A DNA stretch of 64,000 nt from Macrostomum lignano (Eukaryota): assembly GCA_002269645.1 (NCBI GenBank), contig NIVC01003105.1, positions 55,276 to 119,275 of the forward strand, in the 5' to 3' direction. Each line of letters begins with the position of its first letter. Within the stretch, counting starts at the first letter, position 1. Shown in pieces: positions 51,076 through 61,911 of this stretch. The notes under the pieces were generated by a model that had not been told where the DNA came from, searched no databases, and saw only the letters and a list, made by a program, of their open reading frames with translations. The translations under genes were made by a program, and so were the position numbers.

Positions 51076-51765
51076 AATAAAATTATCTGAAAAATAGTAA
51101 AAAATGCTTTCAAACACACAAGAGCAGAGCTAAGAGTGGAGCGACTGCAACAGGGCGTACGCATAACAAAAATTGCGCACTGATTCTTACACACAGCTGA
51201 GAAACAAGCGGACCGAGACACCAGCTTGAAAATTTTCGAGTCAACTTACTTGAGTTTGAGCACACAAAACGCACTCGTGCATGCTAAAAGCAGGTACAGC
51301 AGCAGACTATTTTGAATATGCCACTCTACACCTGTTCTCACTCGCTGAGAGAGAACACAGACCAGTGTAGAACCCTGGATACCTGGCGAATGCACTTAAT
51401 TCCGAAATTGTTTTCGAATTTATAAATAAATAACTCCTGCACTTTAAACATTACTGCAATAATCATTTTAGATAGAAACTTCAGATAGCATTGCAGTCTA
51501 TCAACAAGAAACTTAATACAAGAGAAGTTAAACTTGTGAACTTGATAAGGAAAGCCTGCTTCAACCTGGCGACTAGCTGAAATCTTGTCAGATAAGCAAG
51601 CATATAGTAGTGTAAAAACACAAAATTCCAGTCAAAATATTTTATAAAACTATATTTTTATAGTCTCTAAAGTGCCAACTGAGCAATGAAACTATAATAA
51701 TGCTACTAGTGGACCAGTATGGCGCTCTGATGTGCCAGCAGCCCAGGCTTGATTCCAAGTGCAGT

Positions 51766-52219
51766 CACATTGATTTTTGGGGCTATATTGAAATCTCGGC
51801 TTGGGTCTGCTTGTGCCAATCCCCATGCCCAAGGCACAGTAAATTGTGCATGCTTAACAAAAAAATGAGGGCCACTGTACACTCCTGTGCAAGTGTATGC
51901 CTGTGCATGGGACTATATATATTTATTTTTTTATTAGAGGCAGGGGGGTTGTGTGCACCCTGGCGCACTTTAAGTGACATAGGCACACAACCGGCAAGAG
52001 GCATTACTGCCCATTCCACCAACTCCCCTGAGCAGGCATACAAGCGCGCAGATACATTATGCAGGCACACACTCACATAGGAGTGTACAGCAGCCCTAAC
52101 TTTATCAATTGTTAGGCATGTACACTTCACTGCGCCTTGGGGGGGGGGGGGTTGGCTCTCTAGGCCATTAATTGCACAAGCAAGCCAAGCCGAAATTCCA
52201 ATTCAGCCCCAAATTAATG
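51766..52219. mobile_element. Fold-back (MITE-like) element with ~150-bp imperfect inverted arms; a related single arm lies at 59582-59830
   Basis: GGGGCT..GAAATCTCGGCTTGG.. at 51779 is mirrored by ..CCAAGCCGAAATTCCAATTCAGCCCC ending 52210. Confidence 0.75.
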
Positions 52220-53061
52220 TGGCTTTTATTTATAAATACATTGATATAAAATGAAACATTTAAAAAATCTTAAAATAAACAAAATTCTTTATTTATTAAC
52301 AAAATATTATGCCTCATTGGTTTATTATTGAACTACAATGCTATACCATATCTAAGATTATACTACATACCATAACATTATATTGCATTATACTACCAGC
52401 TTAATCTTGCTAGATCTATTGCAACCAAGGTTTGAGTAGCAATGGATACCTTGGGAGCAAAAGCTTACTATAACAAATAATTTTGTTTTTAACATTGCAG
52501 ATTGTTAATAGAGATATACAAGTTTGATTCCAAAGCTACTATCAATTGGTACAACTCTAATGACTGGCTAGACTAAGACTTTGTGTTTCTAGAATGAATA
52601 TTATTAAACTACAAATTTTGGACCATACTTATCTATTTAATTTTGTGATATGATCTCTTTAATATAAATCTGTCATTGGTATAACCATACTCCAGATCAC
52701 ATAGTATATGCCTAAAAATTTGGGTGTGCATTGGCATTGTATGCCAAAAGTAGATATGCATAATTGGCATGTATCACTCCTAAGAAAATAGTGTGTATGC
52801 ATACTTGGTATGTACTTTATAGAATCACATGGAAGAGTTATTATGAAGTAGAAAATATATGAAGAAAATTTATTTTTAAGCCTTAATTTTAAGCTTTTTG
52901 GGTTTTTTAAGCTTGTAATAAAGCATTTAAACAAATCTTTGCCTGTATCAATTTTTTGCTATAAATAGTATTGTAAAAAAGCATAAAAATCAACTAAATT
53001 ATTTGCCAAAAAGGATCCATTGGTATTATGCAATTCAAAACAAGTCATTTATTGTCACAAT

Positions 53062-53249
53062 CATACATACACAACCTTGGGAATCACTTGGCCATTTTTA
53101 TTGGCAACATACATGTGTAAGTCACTATTGGCTAAGAGCAATCATGTGACTACTATTCCGTCCTAACAATATACAATAGTAGCCTAACTTACATATGTAT
53201 GTTGCCAATAGAAACAGCTAGGTGAATCCCTAGGTTGCGCCCAAGCATG
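53062..53249. mobile_element. 188-bp hAT-like MITE nested in the AT-rich repeat, 8-bp TSD GTCACAAT
   Basis: TSD at 53054-53061 and 53250-53257; ~50-bp inverted arms. The paralogous copy near 14941 carries a single GTCACAAT (empty site). Confidence 0.82.
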
Positions 53250-53323
53250 GTCACAATGTAAAAAAGGTCATTTATTGTTGCAACATTGGCATAGTTTTGT
53301 GAATAGGCATGCATTTAATTTTT

Positions 53324-54419
53324 GGGTCCTAGTCATTTTGTCAACTGGCTTTTCGTCAACTGGCCATTTCGTCAACTCAGTTTTTGCATTGGTCATTTCA
53401 TCAACTAGCCAATGAACCAGTCTCAAACCTCAGTCACTTCGTCAACTGACCAACGGGGAGTTCCCCAACATTGGTCACTTCGTCAACTGCCAATAAACTA
53501 CCCCCTGCAGCCACAAAAATACTAAAACTGAACCCTGAAATGACTAAGTCGACAGGCTAATTAATATATAGATAGATACCTTTCTGCGCAATATCTGCTG
53601 GCTTCAATCGATTGATGCGTCTCTGACTGTGCATTAACAAACAATAATTCACCAGGTATGTAAAACGTGTGTAGTATGACATGGTTGATATCCCATATTA
53701 CACATTTGCATGACAAATTTTTGGATGTACATATAGAAATTCATTAAGGAGTAGTTGATGGGTACTGGACTAATGTATAATAATGCTTGAAAATGGTCCA
53801 CTCTACATGGTCCAGAGCAGCTTCGGTTGACTGCGCACAGCAGCGGGGTGGAGGGTTGGCAAGACGCACGCAGTGCACCAATTTTCACGACTCCACAGGG
53901 GACTATTAGCAGTTCTCCTGATGCATTTTGATAGTATGAATGCCCACCATATAGTGGACGCATGTACATGTATTGTATGTGATTGCATAAAACATAAATG
54001 CTTAAGATTCATTGACGCCTAGACGCATATAGGTATAAATGTGCATAGGTGATGCATTTACATCTAGAATATTTGCATTGGAACATTTAACCTATCAAAT
54101 ACATGTATAATGGGCAGGTCATGCAGTTAACATAATGACTGACTATACACTAACGAAATTGCAAAGTTTGATCATTTCAAATAAAATTAGGTAATTATTA
54201 AAAAAAACTCATCAATATAACAACTATTGTAAGCTACGCTGCTGTATGAACTGCTGTATATTATTCATATAATGATAATTTTGGTCACTTCGTCAACAAG
54301 CAAATGGGGAGGACCTAGGCATTGGTCATTTCGTCAACCACCAGTAAAGTCACCTTAATACTTTGGTCACTTTGTCAACTGAGTTGACGAAATGCCAGTT
54401 GACACAATGACCATCACCC
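53324..54419. mobile_element. ~1.1-kb non-autonomous TIR element (GGGT..GTCATTTTGTCAACTGG / CCAGTTGACACAATGACC..CCC) with 8-bp TSD TAATTTTT, nested in the AT-rich repeat
   Basis: Imperfect TIRs, repeated subterminal GGTCA[C/T]TTCGTCAAC motifs, TSD at 53316-53323 and 54420-54427. Confidence 0.75.
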
Positions 54420-56120
54420 TAATTTTTTGGCATATTGTAATTATTCAATTTTTGTTTAGGTATGCACCTAGGACCTAGCATAATCTGGACTACACCTATG
54501 GTGATATAGGCCTAACTGTAATTTAAAACCTATAAGCTTTTATTAAAGAATCATCAAAGATATATTATAAAATAAAAAATAAACATATAAACTTGTATAT
54601 ATGCAATTCCAAATTGTCAGGCTTAGGCCTTAGCCCTATATAGGTAGAATAGGCCTAGGCCTACTTTTTACATGATTGGCAAAAACCAAAAAAAATGTTC
54701 AGATTAAACTTTAGGCGTTAGGCCTAATTTAGAAAAACTATTTTAATCTATTATACTAGGTATTTAGGCCTAGCCTAGCCTAGGCTTACTCAATAAAATA
54801 AAAAAACTAGGCCCCTAGGCCTAATTTTAAATAACTAGGCTATTATTAATACTTGGCATATTCTGCTTATACTAGGCTAATTATACTATAAGTATTAGTA
54901 GGCTCTTGTCTTATTAGCCTATATTAGGTCCTTTAATATCATTGTGATGCTAGGCCCTTACTTTTTATTAGGCCTAGGCCTATAATATAAGGGCCTGTTC
55001 ATAGCAAAAATTGAAAATTTGAAAATTTTAAACTAGGTCAAGGCCTACTCTACTCTTGGGTCCTGACAGCACAAATGTGATTTTAATTTAATTCAACACT
55101 GGCCAGATGTTGATCTATAGATGCTAGGATTGCTAGGCCCTATGCAATATGCAAATAGGCCTATTAAGCAAAAACCAAATGCTATTCAGTGTTCAATCGG
55201 CAATCCATGAAAAATTAATAACAATATAATACTTTGCTGATAGGCAAGGTTTAACAGGCCTAGTCACTAGTAGTCCTCACTATGCCAGGCAAGCTCTCTG
55301 AGCTCTGGCCTCGGGCCTAGATCTAGGCCTAGTCAAGATTAATTTAATACAATTCAATCGTCTTGTTCACTATCCGTCTTTTCTGCGCTTTTGTAAAGAT
55401 CACTGACTGACTTACTATTATCCTTTATAAATCTTGTAAATATTAAAATTGATAGCGGCAAAATCGATCCCATGCAGCAACGGCGACGTAGAAGAGCATA
55501 AAAAATTGTAAATCCAGGCACCTGTCAAAACCCGAACGACGATCACGGTGCATAGTTTTGTCATATTTATTTTAAAGGACAAGCAACAGCAAATCATGTG
55601 GTTAGTAAATTTAACAAATTTTTCGAATATTGCTTCTTTATCAAGCAACGGGTAACTATTAAATATGTAATATGATGCCCCAATACTTGAAAAAATATTT
55701 TTCAGTCTTCTGTTTAGCCAGAAGGCAAATAAAGAAAACTGTGCGTCTATGTACATATGTACTTATAGTTGTGAATATGTTCTTAACGGAAGATTTTCAC
55801 GAACAGTTGCTCTACAACCAGAATAACTCTTATTCAAGCTCCAAGAAATCCAGAATCAGAATTCGGTAGGAAAACAAACTTTGATCAATAAATTAAGACA
55901 CAAGCAAGTTCAAAAAATCCCTGCTACGAGCGATAGTTAGAGAACTGCATGCACACAGTTCGGGAACCTTTTTTGAAAACGGAACCAACAAAATGAAAAG
56001 TTTTAAAAACATTCATGCCCAGTTCTGTTTTGGAAAATTAAAAGCTGGTGATCAAAGCTGCAAGTAATCTGCTTAGCTATATTTTTTTATTTCTGACTAA
56101 CTAATCTTTCTCGTATTCTT

Positions 56121-56983
56121 CAGTGGCGTAGTAGGCAAGGGGGCATACGGGGATGTATCCCCCCCCCGTGGGCCTGGTCGGTGGGTGTAAGAAATTGATA
56201 AGTTTCTAAATAAGATTAATTTTCTTGTGAACTGCCCATTAGGCCAGCAAGTACAAGTAGCAGCAGCACTCTGTGACGATTAAATGGCAGACTCGGGATC
56301 AAATGACGAAGGCGAATACAACAGAGGCAAATTTTGTAGCGGTAGCACTCGATGATAGTAACGAATGATGCGGGCGATGGCCGCAGTTCTCATTTATTGT
56401 ACCCGTATGAGTGGGTAGTTAGGGCTCGTTAGTTATCAATTCCGTCTGAGTAGTTATTAATATAGGGCCTGAGTATTTTGCTGAATCCGTAAAGGAATGC
56501 ACTGGGCGGCTGCGCAACAATAAGATAGATGATAGAGCGAGTTGATGAGCCTGAGGCAATGGCGATGATGTGATGGCAGCGATCGTATGGTGGTGGTACT
56601 CGTAGCAAGAACCCCGTACAAACGCGCCCCAGCCAGACAGAACTGATAACGAGCGGGCTGGAGGTGGGTGCGCGACAAAGCTTAATTTCAGGCTAGCATA
56701 ATATGCGCGGCTTTCCTATTGGCCGGCGCGATAACCAACTTGAAAACAGAAATTATCGACCGCATTGTACATAGGCTTTACGAACGCCACGCAATAAATA
56801 TTGTTTAAATTTCCTTGGGCATTACTATAAGCAGACGTTAGAGTACGAGACCATCAGATTAACAATATTATAGAATTGGCACTGCTGTCGCTAAAATGGC
56901 CCTTGTCGGGCCACCTCAACTGACAACGTCACAACTCATATCCCTGCATCCCCCGTCAGAAATTCCTGGCTACGCCCCTGCTG
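56121..56983. mobile_element. Non-autonomous hAT-like element (CAGTGGCGTAG...CTACGCCCCTGCTG), 8-bp TSD GTATTCTT
   Basis: Typical hAT-type termini. TSD at 56113-56120 and 56984-56991. No transposase ORF. Confidence 0.8.
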
Positions 56984-57169
56984 GTATTCTTGCTCCAAAT
57001 TTCTCTATCGTGAGTCGTGACCAGTTTGATCTCTTCTAGCACACCGGCATTGCTCTGCTGTCTTCGAGAACGAAATCTCGTCCTCATGAGCTCCTGCACC
57101 ATGGGAGTGTACAACACTACTAAGCGATCGAGTTTGGGGAAGACAATTAATCTATCATTCTCCACTAAA

Positions 57170-57600
57170 GCAGTCAATAAAGGTACGTGGATCCATGTGG
57201 GCCTTCCTGGCAACGAACTGGCCGATACCCTGGTCAGGTTGGCTCGACTCGGTCTTTGTCCATGGTCGCGCCTTGGCCTTCACTCACCGCCGTTTCCACT
57301 CCCATGGCCCTGCTTGGACTCAACCGAGCGGGACATCAGGGCTGTAACTACGGCCCTCTCTAATCATGTCTGTTCTGCCAGGCATCACTATACCTTCAAG
57401 GAAAATTCTTTCCGGTGTTGAGAATACGGAACACTTATCTGTGAATGCCCCCACCTATACTCATTCAGGACACTGCAGGCGCACAGCTACCTCGCGGCTT
57501 AATTAAAGCTGGGATCTCTTTGACGTTTTCAGGCCCGAGGATTTGTGACAGCTCGTCCGCTACCTATAGGGCTACTGGGTGAGCAACCATTCACCTCTTA
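57170..57600 (+). mobile_element. Degenerate 3' fragment of an RNase H-bearing non-LTR retrotransposon (I-group LINE)
   Basis: WIHVGLPGNELADTLVRLA resembles the RNase H motif WVP.H.GI.GNE.AD.LA. A decayed zinc-knuckle-like FRC*..LICECP follows. Confidence 0.6.
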
Positions 57601-58198
57601 GACTCTCCAAAAAGGGGACCTCTACGTACAGACACCGGCACCACGCGCGTCCCGGATCTCAGCTATGTATTTTCAGCTAAGTTTTATTGCTTTTGTAGAT
57701 TGTTGTAAGCATCATTGCACAAAACTCGTGCAAAGTCAATTAATTCACATGTATACGACATATGCGCACCTACCTAATTTTACACATGTACCGGTGTTAA
57801 ATGCGTTCATTAAAGGGCGTATATGATGACAAGTTGGTACATGTCTACTTTAAAAAACATTTTACAGCTTTCTTGATTTTTGAAACTACATTGAGAATGT
57901 CAACTAAAAGTAAAAGGACGATTTCGAACGACTCATAAGCAACATATGATACATGTGAACCTCATTAGTACACCACCTAGACCATATGTCCAAAGCCAAA
58001 ATTCAAAGAAGGTAATTGATAAACAATAAATTCATAGTCAGCACTAGCAGCATCAACATAAATCTTTAATCCAGCAGAAATCTGCTTCATGCACGCAAAT
58101 AAAACGCGTATAATTCATTAAAGCAAAACATCTAAACACAAATATTGATTGCCAATAATTTGTCAACAATGTATTTCTTCATTTCCATACCGCGCCGT

Positions 58199-58846
58199 TC
58201 AGCCTGACTGGTATTCGGCGGTATTATTTCGATATTTGGCAAAGTAGGCGAAGAACTTGGCAAACGCCTTGGCCCGATGATGATGCCGATAGCGCTCCGC
58301 TGCCTCCATTTCGGCCAGGCTCTGGTCCTGACCGTCCGGTGCGAACAGCGGCAGCCAGCCGTGGACTGGCGGGCCTCGCGGCTCCGTAAGCAGTCGGCCG
58401 CGGCACTCGCCGTGGAACAGTCGGATCTCGCGGCCGGGACCTGGGCAGTAAGCCACAATGGACTTGGCCACGGCCGATTTGTCTGGGTAAGCGGCCAGCA
58501 GGCTTGGCAGGCGTTCGTTGCGTAGAGCCTTCCAGAACCACTTGATGTAGGGTCCTGGCAGGCCGTTGAGAGCTGTGAGCTCTAGACTCGTGTCCTCTAT
58601 GAGCACAGCTGGACCATTGAGCAGTTGGGCTGCCATTCGACACTTCTCCGTGGCGATCTCCTGATGGGAGCCCTGCAGCTCTACTAAGTCGAGATCTTGA
58701 ACAGTGAACGCGTCAGTTAGCTGACAGTCAGACAGGAGCTGGTTGAAGTCTTCCAGTTTGCCCTGATTGCCAGTGACAAATATCACTGGTTGCTGGGATA
58801 AATTTGGCTGCTTCAGCTGCTGCTGCAGAGATTTATCCGTAGTCAT
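58199..58846 (-). CDS. ITPA: Ham1/ITPase-family nucleoside-triphosphate pyrophosphatase (215 aa), domain uninterrupted by introns, with divergent specificity motifs
   Basis: FVTGNQGKL, DLVELQG, EKCR, IEDTSL, LNGLPGPYIKWF, PRG, GW.P.F.PDG and AEM..HR match the ITPase family. An upstream extension via a possible acceptor near 58907 cannot be excluded. Confidence 0.88.
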   Translation of the reverse strand: MTTDKSLQQQLKQPNLSQQPVIFVTGNQGKLEDFNQLLSDCQLTDAFTVQDLDLVELQGSHQEIATEKCRMAAQLLNGPAVLIEDTSLELTALNGLPGPYIKWFWKALRNERLPSLLAAYPDKSAVAKSIVAYCPGPGREIRLFHGECRGRLLTEPRGPPVHGWLPLFAPDGQDQSLAEMEAAERYRHHHRAKAFAKFFAYFAKYRNNTAEYQSG

Positions 58847-60109
58847 TGCAGAGCCTTGCTCACTGCTGTTGAAACCGCGGCCTTGGACTCCTCCGCAGTT
58901 ACCAAACTGATGTATTGACGGACGATGTCACGTTGATTTCCAAACCTAATAGCTCAATTATGAATTCGCCTTTTCACCACAGACACTTTTGAAAATATAA
59001 ATAAATATTGGACAATTTTTTGCACTCTTACTAATTTTGCAACTTATATATAAAAGCCACAATGCTTACATTCACTCTATTGTTGATTTAAAAGGCAACC
59101 ATGCGTGGTGAATGCAATGAAAAACGTTTCGTTTCAATGATTAAATATAGCAACTTCTAGTAGGAACGTATTGTAGTCGCTTGTTTTCTCGTCCCCCAGT
59201 CTGACCTGAGCTCTGGCAGGGAACAGATATGACAGTTACAAACTCGGATATTATACACTCCCAAGAACATAGGGGTTTAAAACTTTATTTGATTGGATAC
59301 TGATCTCTACAAGCTCTAGGAGGTCAATGGGTGCCAAGGGACGGTTATCTGAGGACACCGTATAGGTTGCGCGGAATTCCTTAACGGCGGTGTACTCGTG
59401 CTTGCCTGCTGGTACAGGGTACATTTGGATTTGCGATAAACATTTGGATAAACAACCCTATGTGGAAACACTAGTCAATGCACTTTTATGCAGTCGCGAT
59501 GCATGATATTGGAATAACACGACTCGCGCAAACTGGCATGCATGCATCCGATATCATGCATTCCGACTGCAGAAGAATATACCATTAATTTGGGGCTAAA
59601 TTGGAATCTCGGCTTGGCTCTACTCGTGCAATTAACGTCCTTTCAATCCCTAAACTTGGGCCAACCCCCAACCCCAAGGCACAGTGAAGTGTACATGCCT
59701 AAAGATAAATAAAGTTAGGGCCGCTGTACACTCCTGTGTGAGTGTATGCTTGTGCGTATGACTGCGGGTCGGCGGAATGGGCAGTAATGCGCCTCTCGCC
59801 GGTTATGAGATGCGCGTAAGGTGCGCCGAAAGGACCATCACTCCGAACCGAACCTGACGCCGAAAGAGGCGAGATTGAAGAGCCAATCAGAAGGCAGCGA
59901 GGGGGAGAGAGATGAGATAACAAGACTGAATTGGACAGAGAGAGAGAAAACACAGTAAACAGTGACTAAGAAAGTCGCGACAATAGCAGCCACCCCAAGC
60001 GTGCAATCAGCAGCCTTCAAGTAGTAATTAACTTCGTTTGCAGGCAACTCTGCAGTCAGTGATTGCCGCCCAGATTAACAAGTTTATTTTCCACTACAGA
60101 AGCACAACA

Positions 60110-61293
60110 ATGCCAAACAGGAGCTCTCCGATCTGTCTTGGCTTTCTGCTTTTCGCCGCTCTAGCCGGTAAGATAAGCTTTTACTGACTTAAGAAGCGCA
60201 ATATTTTTATTCGTTTTATTGAATTGCAAGCAAATGGCACACCCGCTATCGTATTGCACAGGTGCTGGACAGGCCATACACTGTCTGGTGTACCACTACT
60301 CGTCTGGCATTACTGGTGGCATTTCTAGGGCTATGGTAGTTGAGTGCGGCAGCAGTGTCACCAGCTGTCACAAAGACCAGATAACCGCGACTACGCCCGG
60401 CTCGAATCTTGAGTTCAAAAATAATTTAACCCTAACTGTGAGTAAAAAGTCAGACTAGTCGCATTTTTGTGTCCGTAGGGGCAGGCTTCCCGTGGAGCAG
60501 CTTGAGTGTCCGCTGCCCTGGGTGGCCTTCATTTTTATTCCCAATAGCAAAACTCGAGTTCTTATATAGCATGAAGTCAAAGCTGGCTCAATGCAACTTG
60601 CTCAATGCCACTTGAAGGTCGAGGGTTCGACTCCCGATCCACTCGGAACAATTTGTGTCCTTGAGCAAGACACTTAACTCTGCATTGCTTCAGTACACAC
60701 AGCTGTAGAATGGGTGCCAGCATTAGCTGGGGTAATTGAGGGTGTGTGGCGACCCCCCAGTCCTTGGACTGAACAGCCGTACGCAGCCTTCAGATGCGCC
60801 GCGCAATAGCTGCGGCTGAGCTGTCGGTTGCACATCTGGCCCAATCGGGGCAGGTGTAATTGTTATTATCGCATGTTAAATTTATGTTTATTTTGATTTT
60901 TATTGACCATTTTATTGACTTCATTAATGTTATAGCAAATCGGAAATTGCTATCGGGAGTTTTTTGCTATTGCAAATTGAAACAATGGCCGCCCGATTTG
61001 AAATTTAAACCTTTGCGCATTACAGGCTGGTTCATATTTTGCAATCACCGCGCACGCTATACATGTAAATTGAAGATTTCTCGGACAGCTGTGCATTCGC
61101 TTCAATTTCTTATTTGCAGTCTTACAGTGGCAGCTGTGGCGAGTGCCAAGGCCGATCGTTTCCGGGAACAACTTACATCTGCACAGCATGCAAAACTGAC
61201 CAGTGCAACTCTGCATTCGCTGACATGCGCCCCTGGCTCCGATTGACCCTGGCGCTGCCTGTCCTGATAGTTGCGGCTCTGTGCAACTTCTAG
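60110..61293 (+). CDS. GPI-anchored Ly6/uPAR (three-finger)-like protein, 135 aa. Exons 60110-60167, 60262-60437, 61120-61293
   Basis: Signal-peptide exon MPNRSSPICLGFLLFAALA with a phase-1 GTAAGA donor; AIHC..EC..SCHK in exon 2 (GTGAGT donor); SCGEC..ICTACKTDQCNS plus a hydrophobic tail in exon 3. Total 408 nt, in frame. Confidence 0.8.
60605..60862 (+). mobile_element. tRNA-derived SINE (same family as 50755-51075) in intron 2 of the Ly6-like gene
   Basis: B-box GGTTCGACTCC near 60623; TGTGTCCTTGAGCAAGACACTTAAC core. Confidence 0.8.
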
Positions 61294-61544
61294 GAGCAAA
61301 ATTTATTGCAGCAAAACTGTTTGTAGTTGAATATGATGTATCTGACAGCTATGACAATAGTTTCGTATTTAATATCTGTTCGACTTTTGATTTGATGAAA
61401 TACCATCGCACTAAAAATAAACTTATGCATAAATTGACAATTTTTCAAAATTATTAAAGTGTTACCAATTTACTGTTGTCATAGGCAAAGGTTGAGTATT
61501 TTACCGTATTTGTTTACAGATCGTCACTAGCTGATTAGACCTTT

Positions 61545-61911
61545 TTCCAGAAGTTTGGAGCGACTGTCAACAAACTTTGAGCTGTTTTCACTAGAAGTTT
61601 GGGGCTGTTTTCAGTAGAAGTTTGGAGCTGTTTTCAGTAGAAGTTTGGGGCTGTTTTCAGTAAAAGTTTGGGGCTGTTTTCAGTAGAAGTTTGGAGCTGT
61701 TTTCAGTAGAAGTTTGGGGCTGTTTTCAGTAGAAGTTTGGGGCTGTTTTCAGTAGAAGTTTGGAGCTGTTTTCAGTAGAAGTTTGGGGCTGTTTTCAGTA
61801 GAAGTTTGGGGCTGTTTTCAGTAGAAGTTTGGAGCTGTTTTCACTAGAAGTTTGGAGCTGTTTTCACTAGAAGTTTGGAGCTGTTTTCACTAGAAGTTTG
61901 GAGCTGTTTTC
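61545..61911. repeat. 23-bp minisatellite (CTGTTTTCAGTAGAAGTTTGGAG)
   Basis: About 15 units, ending at the LTR boundary. Confidence 0.95.

Noticed and set aside
59838-60047. Minus-strand 69-aa ORF with a hydrophobic segment
   Set aside because: It starts at a non-ATG codon, lies in the probable upstream region of the Ly6-like gene, and has no convincing splice context.
60479-60610. Possible alternative third exon for the Ly6-like gene after GTCCGTAG
   Set aside because: In the required phase it stops after 8 codons, whereas 61120-61293 completes the domain and GPI signal.
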